Shown here: one piece after another, positions 1 through 12,290 of the stretch | Layout of the letters: each line of letters starts with the position of its first letter | Position numbering within the stretch: the first letter of the stretch is position 1 | From: Hypanus sabinus | Lineage: Eukaryota | Length of the DNA stretch: 64,000 nucleotides | Direction of reading: 5' to 3' | Assembly: GCF_030144855.1 (NCBI RefSeq) | Contig: NC_082710.1 | Coordinates: forward strand, 165,416,001 to 165,480,000 | Notes under the pieces: model-generated | The model's database searches: none | What the model saw: only the letters and a program-made list of their open reading frames with translations | What the model was told of the DNA's origin: nothing | Made by a program: the position numbers and the translations under genes

Positions 1-1230
1 GGGTGTACTTGTGATGGTGTAGTGAGCTTCTACCAGATTGAGTCCTGCTGTGAGTGGGGACAGAGGGCAAGGCACATCGCCTGTAGGCAGTGAAGGCAGG
101 TAATGCCATCTCACTGGCTCTTCACTCACTTTGACATGGATAGAAAACTGGTTGGCAGATAGAAAGCAAAAGGTAACGGTTAATGGGTGTTTCTCGGAAT
201 GGCAGGTGGTGACTAGTGAGGTGCCACAGGGCTCGGTATTTGGACCACAGCTGTTTACGATTTACATCAGCGATTTAGATGAAGGCATTGAGAATAACAT
301 CAGCAAGTTTGCTGATGATACTAAGCTGGGTGACAGTGTGCCGTGTGATGAGGATGTTAGGAGAATTCAGGGTGACTTGGATAGGCTGAGTGAGTGGGCA
401 GATACTTGGCAGATGACGTTTAATGTGAATAAGTGTGAGGTTATCCACTTTGGGAGTAAGAACAGGAAGGCAGATTATTATCTGAACAGTGTAGAGTTAG
501 GTAAGGGAGAAATGCAAAGAGATCTAGGAGTACTTGTTCATCAGTCACTGAAGGTGAATGAGCAAGTGCAGCAGGCAGTAAAGAAGGCTAATGGAATGTT
601 GGCCTTTATTACAAAGGGAATTGAGTACAAGAGCAACGAAATCCTTTTGCATTTGTACAGGACCCTGGTGAGACCACACCTGGAGTATTGTGTACAGTTT
701 TGGTCTCCAGGGTTAAGGAAGGACATCCTGGCTATAGAGGAAGTTCAGCGTAGATTCACGAGGTTAATTCCTGGGATGTCCGAACTGTCTTACGCAGAGA
801 GGTTTGAGAGACTGGGCTTGTACACGCTGGAATTAAGGAGTTTGAGAGGGGATCTGATTGCAATATATAAGATTATTGAGGGATTGGACAAGATAGAGGC
901 AGGAATATGTTCCAGATGCTGGGAGAGTCCAGTACCAGGGGGCATGGTTTGAGAATAAGGGGTAGGTCATTTAGGGCAGAGTTAAGGAAAAACTTCTTCT
1001 CCCAGAGAGTTGCGGGGGCCTGGAATGCACTGCCTCGGAAGGCAGTGGAGGCCAATTCTCTGGATGCTTTCAAGAAGGAGCTAGATACGTATCTTTCGGA
1101 TAGTGGAATCAAGGGATATGGGGACAAGGCAGGAACCGGGTATTTATAGTAGATGATCAGCCATGATCTCAGAATGGCAGTGCAGGCTCGAAGGGCCGAA
1201 TGGTCTACTTCTGCACCTATTGTCTATTAT
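1..1230 (+). mobile_element. CR1-type LINE, 3' part (reverse transcriptase C-half and 3' UTR)
   Basis: ORF 131-952 has RT motifs GVPQGS-like, FADD and the CR1 tail RPHLEYCVQFWSP; it continues frameshifted in ORF 907-1149. The typical 3' end is at about 1200-1230. Confidence 0.95.
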
Positions 1231-1239
1231 CCGTTTAGA

Positions 1240-2100
1240 TAATCTTCTGCATTATCTCCTTTGACTATACCTTTCAGGAGCAAGTCAGATAATCACAAGT
1301 TCTAAACACATGATCATTGAAAAGATTTTCTTTCCAGCCACAGAGACATTTACATCAACTGGACTCCAATGAAGGACAGCAAAATCCAATGGCACATCTC
1401 ACAATGAGATACAGTCCTGATGTGAACAGCAATAAGTATGGAAGAGGAGTTCAACGCACACTGCGGATCCCCACATGGAACATAAACATGGCTTTGTAGT
1501 GTGCTTTAATCCCAGCAATTTTTATACTCAACAGCTTCTTGTACTGCCTACAGCTGACACAATGACTTGCACATTGGGAGAGTGGACCAGGTGTTGGAAC
1601 AGGTTTCCAATGAGAATGTGATTTCGAACCTAAATAAACCTAAAAAGAAATGTTGGAAATAAACCACAGGGAAATGAGTTCTAAGGTGAAATAGAGAGGT
1701 GGAGGCATGGTTTATACCTCGCAGATAAGTTACAAAGAAGTGTGATGGATTGATAGCTTTCATTGAAGGAAGATCAGAGAAGACTCATTCAGTTCGTTCA
1801 TGGGATCAAAGAGTCACCTTAAAAAGAAAGGTTGAGCAGGTTGAATCTAACCTGATCAGAGGTTATACGGTAAACCCCTGACTGTAGTGATGATTAAGAT
1901 TCTGCATGAAATTGACAAGCTCAATGCTGAGATAATGTTTCTCCTTAAGGTGAATCTAGTTTAAGAAAATATCACAGTTTAAAGTAGCAACCAATTGGAG
2001 TTTCTTCTCAGGGGATTGCAAACATCTGGACTTCATGGAGGCTGAATCATTGTGTATTGCAATGCTGCAAAGTCCAGGTTTTTAGTCTACAGTTAGTCAA
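1240..2100 (+). repeat. Paralogous block Y (copy of 51010-51910), including an old shared CR1 remnant
   Basis: Long shared strings such as caagtcagataatca, ccacagagacatttacatcaactgga and ggaacaggtttccaatgaga occur at both places. Confidence 0.9.
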
Positions 2101-2349
2101 GGGTTACGCAGGAAAGTTGAGCTTAAGCCAAAGACAGATCAGACATGATATTTGGCAGAGGAGGCGAACATTGTTTTTATTAACAAATATACTTTATTCA
2201 AAAATGAAATTATTTACAATAAACCATTAAATGACTCTCAATCCTTTACAGACATTTCCACTACGTTTTATACATTTCCACATGATCGGCTACTCACATG
2301 GCACCTTTACATACCATTTACATCAAACAACTCAGTTATTATTACACCT

Positions 2350-3062
2350 TTCCAGGATCTGTTTCCGTATCTGCTATGTACCAAATCAGTACTGGGATGG
2401 GTGAATATGGGTATAAACTTAGAATAATGATTAACCAATGATCAATTACCTTATAGGTACCTTATGTTACTGTTACTGGGTAAGGCAGAAAGAAACCCTA
2501 CCCAGCAACAGGTGATGTACTAGACATTGTTCTCTGAAAATTCTAGATAAAGGTTCAAATAAGGAATTATCTGGTCATACGAAAACATTTTGAGGCTTAA
2601 CTAAATATGGGTATAGGAATGATTGAAGGGACATCTTGAGGTATAACTAAATATGGGAAGAATGGCATAGGGAACAGTACGTTCTAGAGAAAGGGGAAGG
2701 TGTCCGCATAAGGATCTGAAGGGCTATTTTTGGTAGAAAATAATTATAACCAACCAATGATGACTTTGTATCTAATAGTATCTTAACATTTGATCAAAAC
2801 TATTCTAAAACCGTATTAACTCGCGTAGTTGTAAGATTTCCTTTGTAAGTGATGGCCAATGTCATATATTTGGTAGAATAGTGATTCAGGGGTGGGTAGT
2901 GTCCGGACTGGCTTTTTGGGAGATCAGTCTGTAACTTCCCCCATAGTATGCTATGAATAAAGAGTAAAGTTTGATAAAGTATTGCTTGTTTTATTGTGTT
3001 TGTGGTACATGTGCTCTTGCATCGGGTCGATCCGTTGTGACAGTACCATAAACGATCTGACA
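2350..3062 (+). mobile_element. LTR-like element (uncertain boundaries)
   Basis: CCAAT boxes, AATAAA near 2957 and an end in ...ctgaca. The string ttacacc occurs on both sides, but there is no clean TG start. Confidence 0.35.
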
Positions 3063-3589
3063 TTACACCATATTAAATTAAACATTTAAACTTTATAATT
3101 CTTAAGCTGACTGTAGGGTTAGTGCATAAAACAAAAATAAAATGAGCTTATTGTAATGAAACTGTCTATCGTGCACATTGGAGCTCATGTCTATTCATCC
3201 TTGCATTCCCCATCAATTTCCTCCAAGTGTCGTCAACTCCCGGACCTTCACTCCAAGTCTACTCTACCCTGCAGTCTAACAGCTCGCTCCTCTCTCGTCT
3301 TCTCTCTTCATCTCTCGCCGAGAAAAGATGACGAATACCTCCTCTGAGACAGACAAGAACGAAACAACACCCCTCTCATTGGAGCCTGGGGGCAGGGAAA
3401 TTGATTCTGTGCCCTCAATCACAAGACATTTGAGCTTGATATTTACTTTACTATTTCAAAATTAAACTATTTCCTTGTATTTCTATTTTTTTAAATAAGG
3501 ATTCCAATATTGTTTACATTCATGGTCAATAGATTCAGTACTGTTATCTTAATTTTTTTAAATGATCTAACCATTACTACTCATAGAAA

Positions 3590-3908
3590 CATAGAAAACC
3601 TACAGTGCAATACAGGCCTTTCGGCCCACAAAGCTGTGATGAACATGTCCCTACCTTAGAAATTACTAGGTTTACCTATAGCCCTCTACTTTTCTAAGCT
3701 CCATGTATCTATCCAAAAGTCTCTTAAAAGACCTTATCGTATCCACCTCCACCACCGTTGCCGGCAGCCCATTCTACATACTCACCACTCTCTGAGTAAA
3801 AATCTTACCCCTGACTTACACCTAACATCTCCTCTGTACCTTCTCCCCAGCACATTAACCCTGTGTCTTCTTGTGGCAACCATTTCAAGCCTGGGAAAAA
3901 GCCTCTGG
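3590..3908 (-). mobile_element. CR1 3' end fragment
   Basis: catagaaacatagaaaac tail followed by the reverse complement of the CR1 ORF2 end. Confidence 0.9.
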
Positions 3909-5619
3909 GGTGATACACCATTTCAGTGTTTGATGGAGTCATTCTGTCATTATGTACTATTGGAGGACTAGGTCCAGCTTCTTAGGAATGCAAGCTTTCT
4001 CTGTCATGGACATTGTTTGTACCGACTTAACCCAGGAGCTGCTGATGGCAATCAATGAGTGGAGGAATGGTAGTAGCGGAGGCACCAAGATGGTGCCAGA
4101 AGATGACTTCTTCGAGTCCTTCTATGAAACAGTTTAAATCCTTCTCTTTAATGTCTCTTCTTTCCTGTCAAAAAGCGGCTGGGGTCCATAAAAGAATCTA
4201 CGGTTCTTCATGGTAGTGCATTGCTATTCCTGGAGATCGCCAACTGGCCGGTTTTTTGATATTTCATGGAGTGGCCTAGAAGACAGCGTACAGGGTGTGG
4301 ACTTGTGGACAACTAAAGCATTGCAGGAGTTTTGAACATCAAGCGGCTCTTGGAACTCTGCCTTCGAGGCCTCACCAGCGTCTTATAAAGCCTCAGCATT
4401 ACACCCTGGATAAGATCTCTACTGTTATGCTGTGAGGTAGTTTGCATTAGCAGTTTTCTGTAAAAGCAGTGCAGCATGCTGGGAATTGTGTATTGGCTTT
4501 GGTTAAGATCAGGACCCATGTCGTCCAACTTAGGAATATGAGTCTGCCAATCAGGATTGTGGGATATGGAAGAAGGTTCCGGATAGCAGCGTGGAAGAGT
4601 TTTCCGTAGGATGTGTTTGGTTTATGGTCTTTTGGCAGATGTAGAGAGGAGAAGATCAAGAAGATGCTATTACGAGGAGTGCTTCACAATATGAAGGAAT
4701 CCAAGACGTGAAGCTCTACCAGTGATTGGTAGTGAGAATTCAGTGCCATGAGTAGCAGTTCTACCCAGATTTTGAAGGCACGAGCTCCAACATTCATGTG
4801 CACATTTAGAACACTTTAACTGTAAAGGGCCCTTTTATTTTTCCTTTTCTTTCTCTTAATAAATGATAAAGCTGAAATTAGTAAATACACTTCCTTTATA
4901 ATGTATATAGTCTTTGATCTGCTATTTTTTTGCTGACCTATTATTGTGTATGGCAGTATTTATACAGTATTCACTCAAATTGAAGTTTCGTTAATCAGAA
5001 CATCATCACGTTCCAGTTTGGTTTGAACCCCAGATCATTCCAACCCTGGATATATATTGTTTATGATATGAAGCCTTCTTACCATTGACTCACATGCCTG
5101 TTAGCAAAGTTAACTAATGAGCTGCGCTTGTATGCGCATTGCCTTTATGTAGTTAAAAAAAATTCATGGGAACTTGATGGTGTTAACGATCTATTAGCAC
5201 TGTGCCCATTAACAAAAACTGAATCCCGCAGCCAGAGGCTCAATCACTAAGTTTTACAGAGGTAGAAAAATATGACAGGCTTCAGATGGATTTCACTGTT
5301 TCGGATTTTACAACAGATTTTGTAAAGATCTCTTCTTTTTGGAAGAGGACAGCGAGGCTTCGAGAGGAAGTGCGCCGGCGGCCATTTTCAAATTGTCCAA
5401 TTGCTTCTCAGAGAGGCGGGACTGCGCAGGCGCGTGAAGGAGGCCTGGGAAGGAGGGAAGATATAAAAAGAACGCAGCCTTAAGAAGCGGGCAGCTTCGT
5501 TTGTGGGCAGCGGAGTGCGCCGGGAGCAGAGAGCAGTGCTTGGGCTCAGGGGGCTTAGGCGGAAGAGGGCACAGTAGGCTTATCTTTTAGTTCTTGTTAC
5601 TTTCAGTTATTCCGGAAGT

Positions 5620-6551
5620 ATGAGTGTGAGGGCAGCTTGTTGTTCTCGGTGTCGGATGTGGGTGGTCCTGGAGTCTCCGAGCCTCCCGGACGTCCACATC
5701 TGCGCCAGGTGCACCGAACTGCAGCTCCTGAGGGACCAAGTTAGGGAACTGGAGCTGCAGCTTGATGACCTTCGCCTGGTCAGGGAGAGTGAGGAGGTGA
5801 TAGAGAGGAGTTACAGGCATGTGGTCACTCCGGGGCCACGGGAGGCATATAGGTGGGTCACGGTCAGGAAGGGGAAGAGGCAGGTACTAGAGAGTACCCC
5901 AGTGGCTGTACCCCTTGACAATAAGTACTCATGTTTGAGTACTGTTGCGGGGGGGGGGGGAACAGCCTACCTGGTGGAAGTGGCCGGGCCTCCGGCAAAG
6001 AGGACGGCCCTGTAGCTCAGAAGGGTAGGGATAGAAGAAAGAGGACCATAGTAATAGGGGACTCGATAGTCAGGGGTTCAGACAGGCGGTTCTGTGGAGA
6101 TGATCGGGAGTCCCGGACGGTAATTTGCCTCCCTGGTGCCAGGGTTCGGGACGTTTCTGATCGCGTCCAAGATATCCTGAAGTGGGAGGGTGAGGAGCCA
6201 GAGGTCGTGGTACATGTAGGTACCAATGACATAGGTAGGAAAGGGGAAGAGGTCCTGAAACGAGAGTATAGGGAGTTAGGAAGGCTGTTAAGAAGAAGGA
6301 CCGCAAAGGTAGTAATCTCGGGATTACTGCCTGTGCCAAGCGACAGTGAGAGTAGGAATAGAATTAGATGGAGGATGAATGCGTGGCTGTGGGATTGGAG
6401 CAGGGGGCAGGGATTCAAGTTTCTGGATCATTGGGACCTCTTTTGGGGCAGACGTGACCTGTTCAAGAAGGACGGGTTACATTTGAATCCTGGGGGGACC
6501 AATATCCTAGCGGGGAGGTTTGCTAGGGCTACAGGGCAGACTTTAAACTAG
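5620..6551 (+). pseudogene. CR1 ORF1: Cys-rich N-terminus, coiled coil and SGNH/GDSL esterase domain, frameshifted in a G-run near 5950-5960
   Basis: CCSRC..CARC and LRDQVRELELQLDDL in ORF 5620-6015; IGDSIVRG, VHVGTNDI and DGLHLN in ORF 5931-6551. Confidence 0.9.
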
Positions 6552-6592
6552 TAAGATGAGGGGGGGGGTGCGGGAATAAATTTGAGGAAACT

Positions 6593-9557
6593 ATGGGAGA
6601 GGAGGTTAGTTCACCAGTAGAGCAAGTAAATAGACAGTGTGTGAGGGAGGAAAGGCAGGTGATGGAGAAGGGATGCGCTCAGCCCGAAGATGTAGGGGAG
6701 AAGAAAGAAAAGGATAATAAATTTGAATGCATTGTTAGGGATGAAAAGAGAGGAGGAGGTGGAGAGTATCTTAAATGTATCTGTTTTAATGCTAGGAGCA
6801 TTGTAAGAAAGGTGGATGAGCTTCAAGCGTGGATTGATTCCTGGATTTATGATGTTGTAGCTATTAGTGAAACATGGTTGCAGGAAGGGTGTGATTGGCA
6901 ACTAAATATTCCTGGATTTAGTTGCTTCAGGTGTGATAGAGAAGGAGGGGCCAGAGGAGGAGGTGTTGCATTGCCTGCCCGAGAAAATCTTATGGCAGTG
7001 CTTTGGAAGGATAGATTAGAGAGCTCCTCTAGGGAGGCTATTTGGGTGGAATTGAGGAATGGGAAAGGTGTAGTAACACTGATAGGAGTGTATTATAGGC
7101 CACCTAATGGGGAGCATGGGTTAGAAGAGCAAATGTGTAAAGAGATAGGAGATATTTGTGGTAAACACAAGGTGGTGATTGTGGGAGATTTTAATTTTCC
7201 ACACGTAGACTGGGAAGCTCATTCTGTAAAAGGGCTGGATGGTTTAGAGTTTGTGAAATGTGTGCAGGATAGTTTTTTTAAACAATACATAGAAGTACCG
7301 ACTAGAGATGGGGCAGTGTTGGATCTCCTGTTAGGGAATGCGATAGGTCAGCTGACAGATGTATGTGTTGGGGAGCACTTCGGGTCCAGTGATCACAATA
7401 GCATTAGCTTCAATATAATTATGGAGAAGGACAGGACAGGAACTAGAGTTGAGATTTTTGATTGGAGAAAGGCTAACTTTGAGGAGATGAGAAGGGATTT
7501 AGAGAGAGTGGATTGGGTCAATTTGTTTTATGGGAAGGATGTAATAGAGAAATGGAGGTCATTTAAGGGTAAAATTATGAGGGTACAGAATCTTTATGTT
7601 CCTGTTAGGTTGAAAGGAAAGGTTAAAGGTTTGAGAGCACCATGGTTTTCAAGGGATATTAGAAATTTGGTTCGGAGAAAGAGGGATGTCTACAATAGAT
7701 ATAGGCAGCATGGAGTAAAGGAATTGCTCGAGGAATATAAAGAATGTAAAAGGAATCTTAAGAAAGATTAGAAAAGCTAAAAGAAGATACGAGGTTGGTT
7801 TGGCAAATAAGGTGAAAGTAAATCCGAAAGGTTTCTACAGTTATATTAAAAGCAAGAGGATAGTGAGGGATAAAATTGGCCCCTTAGAGAATCAGAGTGG
7901 TCAGCTATGTGTGGAGCCGAGGGAGATGGGAAAGATTTTGAACGATTTCTTCTCTTCGGTATTCACTACGGAGAAGGATATTGAAACAAGTAAGGAAGTT
8001 ATGGAACCTTTGACAATTAAAGAGGTGGAAGTACTGGCGCTGTTAAGAAATTTAAAAGTGGATAAATCTCCGGATCCAGATAAGATATTCCCCAGGACCT
8101 TGAGGGAAGTTTGTGTAGAAATAGCAGGAGCTCTGACGGAGATCTTTAAGATGTCATTAGAAACGGGGATTGTGCTGGAGGATTGGCGTATTGCTCATAT
8201 GGTTCCATTGTTTAAAAAGGGTTCTAAAAGTAAGCCTAGCAATTATAGACCTGTCAGTTTGACATCAGTGGTGGGTAAATTAATGGAAAGTATTCTTAGA
8301 GATAGTATTAATAATTATCTGGATAGACAGGATCTGATTAGGAGTAGCCAGCATGGATTTGTGCGTGGAAGGTCATGGTTGACAAACCTTATTGAATTTT
8401 TTGAAGAAGTTACAAGGAATGTTGACAAGGGTAAGGCAGTGGATGTAGTCTATATGGACTTCAGCAAAGCCTTTGACAAAGTTCCACATGGAAGGTTAGT
8501 TAAGAAGGTTCAGTCGTTAGGTATTAATGCTGGAGTAATAAAATGGATTCAACAGTGGCTAGATGGGAGATGCCAGAGAGTAGTGGTGGATAATTGTTTA
8601 TCGGGATGGAGGCCAGTGACTAGCGGGGTGCCTCAGGGATCTGTTTTGGGCCCAATGTTGTTTGTAATATACATAAATGATCTGGATGATGGGGTGGTAA
8701 ATTGGATTAGTAAGTATGCCGATGATACTAAGGTAGGAGGTGTTGTGGATAATGAAGTGGGTTTTCAAAGCTTGCAGGGAGATTTATGCCGGTTAGAAGA
8801 ATGGGCTGAACGTTGGCAGATGGAGTTTAATGCTGAGAAGTGTGAGGTTCTACATTTTGGCAGGAATAATCCAAATAGAACATACAGAGTAAATGGTAGG
8901 GCATTGAGGAATGCAGAGGAACAGAGAGATCTAGGAATAACTGTGCATAGTTCCCTGAAAGTGGAGTCTCATGTAGATAGGGTGGTGAAGAGGGCTTTTG
9001 GAACGCTGGCCTTTATAAATCAAAGCATTGAGTACAGAAGTTGGGATGTAATGCTAAAGTTGTACAAGGCATTGGTAAGGCCAAATTTGGAATATTGTGT
9101 GCAGTTCTGGTCACCGAATTATAGGAAAGATATCAATAAATTAGAGAGAGTGCAGAGACGATTTACTAGGATGTTACCTGGGTTTCAGCACTTAAGTTAC
9201 TGAGAAAGGTTGAACAAGTTAGGTCTCTATTCATTGGAGCGTAGAAGGTTGAGGGGGGATTTGATCGAGATATTTAAAATTTTGAGAGGGATAGATAGAG
9301 TTGACGTGAATAGGCTGTTTCCATTGAGAGTAGGGGACATTCAAACGAGAGGACATGTTTTGAGAGTTAGGGGGCAGAAGTTTAAGGGAAACACGAGGGG
9401 GTATTTCTTTACTCAGAGAGTGATAGGTGTGTGGAATGAGCTTCCTGCAGAAGTAGTAGAGACCTGTTCAGTTGTGTCATTTAAGGTAAAATTGGATAGG
9501 TATATGGACAGGAAAGGAGTGGAGGGTTATGGGCTGAGTGCGGGTAGGTGGGACTAG
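6593..9557 (+). pseudogene. CR1 ORF2 (APE endonuclease plus reverse transcriptase), broken by a frameshift near 7770 and an in-frame TGA at 9201-9203
   Basis: Endonuclease motifs NARS, ISETW, YRPP, GDFN and SDH; RT motifs YRPVSL, DFSKAFD, GVPQGS and YADD, spread across ORFs 6593-7771, 7800-9203 and 9210-9557. Confidence 0.95.
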
Positions 9558-9640
9558 GTGAGATTAAGAGTTCGGCACGGACTAGGAGGGCCGAGATGGC
9601 CTGTTTCCGTGCTGTGATTGTTATATGGTTATATGGTTAT

Positions 9641-10378
9641 ATTGGATGTAGCAATCTAATCAGTTTGTAGCTACCTCCAGAGATGAGGGAAAGATTTATA
9701 GAGGATTATACAGCACAGAGAGATTACAGTCGAGAAGGGACAAGTACGCATGGGAGAACAAAAAAGATTTTTTTAAATATTGCCAATAAGTTTTGACCTA
9801 TTGTCTAGGCAGTTGTATATATTATGCAGCTCAATGTGGTTTGAATGCTAACTTCAGAAACTGCAGCACCAACCAGTCACTGTGGTCCCACAACATGGGT
9901 CTGAATAAAAATAAAGGTGAGTAATCAGATAACAGGTAGGACTGGAACAAAAAACAGAAAAAACAAAGCTGAGAGAGCAGTCAGTGCTAAAGGTACCATC
10001 CACATCATATTTAAAACAATCCTGATAACGTGATAACCTTCATGGTTACATCCACTTTTTATTCAGATTTGGATTTTTACAGATTGCTGGTGACCAGTAA
10101 GGAAAAACCAAACCTTCATCTACATCACAATGACATAATTCTTCCATAATACTGACGTTTCAGAAATCTGTCTGCACAAGACCACAGGACGTGACTCTGT
10201 ATCTAGAGATATTCCAGCAATATTCCACAAGTTCTCCCTCCCCACGGTAAAAAGGTCCCTAACAATTAGAAAATACTTTTGATATTACTTTATAATACAA
10301 AGGCTCTCTGTTTCACCCTGTGCTTTAAAAATTACACAGAGCTTTTCAGTTCCCTAATTTCTAGTGCTAAAATATGTC
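9641..10378 (+). repeat. Paralogous block X (with 5185-5318), copy of about 49240-50990
   Basis: Shared strings tgggtctgaataaaaata, ataacaggtaggactggaacaa and tccctaacaattagaaaa. Confidence 0.9.
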
Positions 10379-12038
10379 TCCATGTCCGAAAGCTATCTCT
10401 ACTTCATTATCTACAATGCCACCTACCTTAGTATCATCTGCATACTTACTAATAGATAGAGTCGTAAAGAGAGCTTTTGTTACTGTTATGAGTGATGAAC
10501 AGACCTGATGGACAATGGGTTGCAGAGTTAACTATCCCGCCCCCCGCCCGAGAACCATAAACTACTGCTGTTGCTATGCTACTCATGGCAGAGAGAGAGA
10601 CGAAACACAGGCAAGAACATCTGCTACAGATAAGAGAGAGAGAGAGACTGTTGATTTATTGTATTGTGACTCTTCCTGGATTATTTACCTTTTTGCTGCA
10701 AGGACATTATTTTGCTCGTTAACATTTCTCAGGAGAGCACAGGAGTGGCCTGATTTGATGGACTCTGTGATTCAGAATTGATTGATAGCTGAGACCTCGT
10801 TAGTAGGGATAAAAGATAGGTCTGGAGAGACACCCTTCAGACACGCCGGTGGACAATGACTGAGTGTTGTAGGACCCGCAGGAAGGTGGGGGCTTCGGAG
10901 ATCGGCCAGTAAAGCTCTCAGTGTAACGGCAGGACCAGTGGGGACGTGTGTGTGTCCACTCATGCCAGAGTGATGAGTCCACCACAGAAGAACGGTCCAG
11001 CTGAAGGACAGAGAGGTCATAGCTGAATGACCACAACGGTGCAACAGAATCAAAAAGCCACGGAAAGGTTTGCCTGCAGCAGCTGTTACATCTCGCTCGC
11101 GCGCTTTCTCTCTCTCCAACGATTGCTGCACAACTATACCTACCTCAGCACGCATGAACTGAACTGAACTTTATAATTTTCTATGACAATTCATTTACCC
11201 CTAGACATCGATAGAGCTTGTTTATTATTGCTTATTATTATTCCTACACTTTTAGGTTTACTATTGCTAACTTGCGTTGTATGTATATTTGCATTATTGG
11301 TATTGTTTTGCTTACTTTACTAGTAAACACTTTTGAATATAGTACCATCAGACTCCAACGGATACTTCTATCTTTGCTGGTCTGACACCCAGTTACGGGG
11401 TACATATCATTACATTGGCCTTTATAAATCAAAGTATTGAGTCTAAGAGTTGGAATGTTATGATAAGGTTGTAGAAGACATTGGTGAGGCCGAATTTGGA
11501 GCATAGTGAGCAGTTTTGGTCACCTAATTACAGGAAGGATATTAATAAGGTTGAAACAGTGCAGAGAAGGTTTACAAGGATGTTGCCGGGACTTGAGAAA
11601 CTGAGTTACAGAGGAAGTTTGAATAGGTTAGGACTTTATTCACTGATGCATAGAAGAATGAGGGGAGATTTGATAGAGGTATATAAAATTATGATGCGTA
11701 TAGATAGAGTGAATGCAAGCAGGCTTTTTCCACTGAGGCTAGGGGAGGAAAAAAAAACAGGGTACATGGGTTAAGGGTGAAGGGGGAAAAGTTTAAAGGG
11801 AACTTGGGGGGGCTTCTTCACACAGAGAGTGCTGAGAGTGTGGAATGAGCTGTCAGATGAAGTGGTGAATGTGGGATCACCTTTAACATTTAAGAAAGCT
11901 GGGACAGGTAAATGGATGACAGGGGTGTGGAGGAATATGGTCCAGTTGCAGGTAAGTGGGATAGGCAGAAAAGTGGTTTGGCACAGCCAAGAAGGGTCTG
12001 TTTCTGTGCTATAATGTTGTATGGTTCTATGGTTCTTT
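10379..12038 (+). mobile_element. 5'-truncated CR1 with an inverted 5' segment (about 10379-10453), interrupted by an LTR
   Basis: 10379-10453 is the reverse complement of the YADD region. 10454-10483 and 11410-12038 are contiguous + strand CR1 (agagcttttgttac|attggcc). Confidence 0.8.
10484..11409. mobile_element. Solo LTR, Gypsy-like
   Basis: Starts TGTTATG, ends CATATCA, 4-bp TSD ttac at 10480-10483 and 11410-11413. Confidence 0.85.
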
Positions 12039-12290
12039 GGAAACGGTACTGCAGCATAAAGAGCTAGGACCAACAGGCTCCGGGACAGCTTTTTCCACGA
12101 GGCCAACAGACTGATTAATTCATACTGATACAATAGTATTTCTATGTTATTATGATTGCCCTGTTGTAATACTATTTATTATTAATTATTATAAATTGCA
12201 GATTGCACATTTAGATCGAGACATAACATAAAGATTTTAACTTCTCATGTATATGAAGGATGTAAGAAATAAAGTCAATTCAATTGAATT
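12039..12290 (+). mobile_element. Rex1/Babar-type LINE 3' end
   Basis: aggaccaacaggctccgggacagc..; a similar 3' UTR occurs at 26030-26180, and the ORF end resembles 34300-34340. Confidence 0.6.

Larger units (their letters stand above)
5319..9640 (+). mobile_element. Near full-length CR1 LINE (5' UTR, ORF1, ORF2, ggttatat-repeat tail)
   Basis: ORF1 and ORF2 motifs are listed in the next two entries. The flanks rejoin into one sequence matching the paralogous empty site near 49990-50020. Confidence 0.97.

Noticed and set aside
3910-4960. Possible degenerate L1/Tx1 LINE remnant
   Set aside because: It looks repeat-like with an A/T-rich tail, but I could not read diagnostic motifs. A Dfam or RepeatMasker search is needed.
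5199-5222. RSS-like cactgtg...acaaaaact, plus cactgtg near 35997 and 41685
   Set aside because: The spacer is 7 nt rather than 12 or 23, and there is no nonamer near the V exons. There is no evidence for RAG-type rearrangement.
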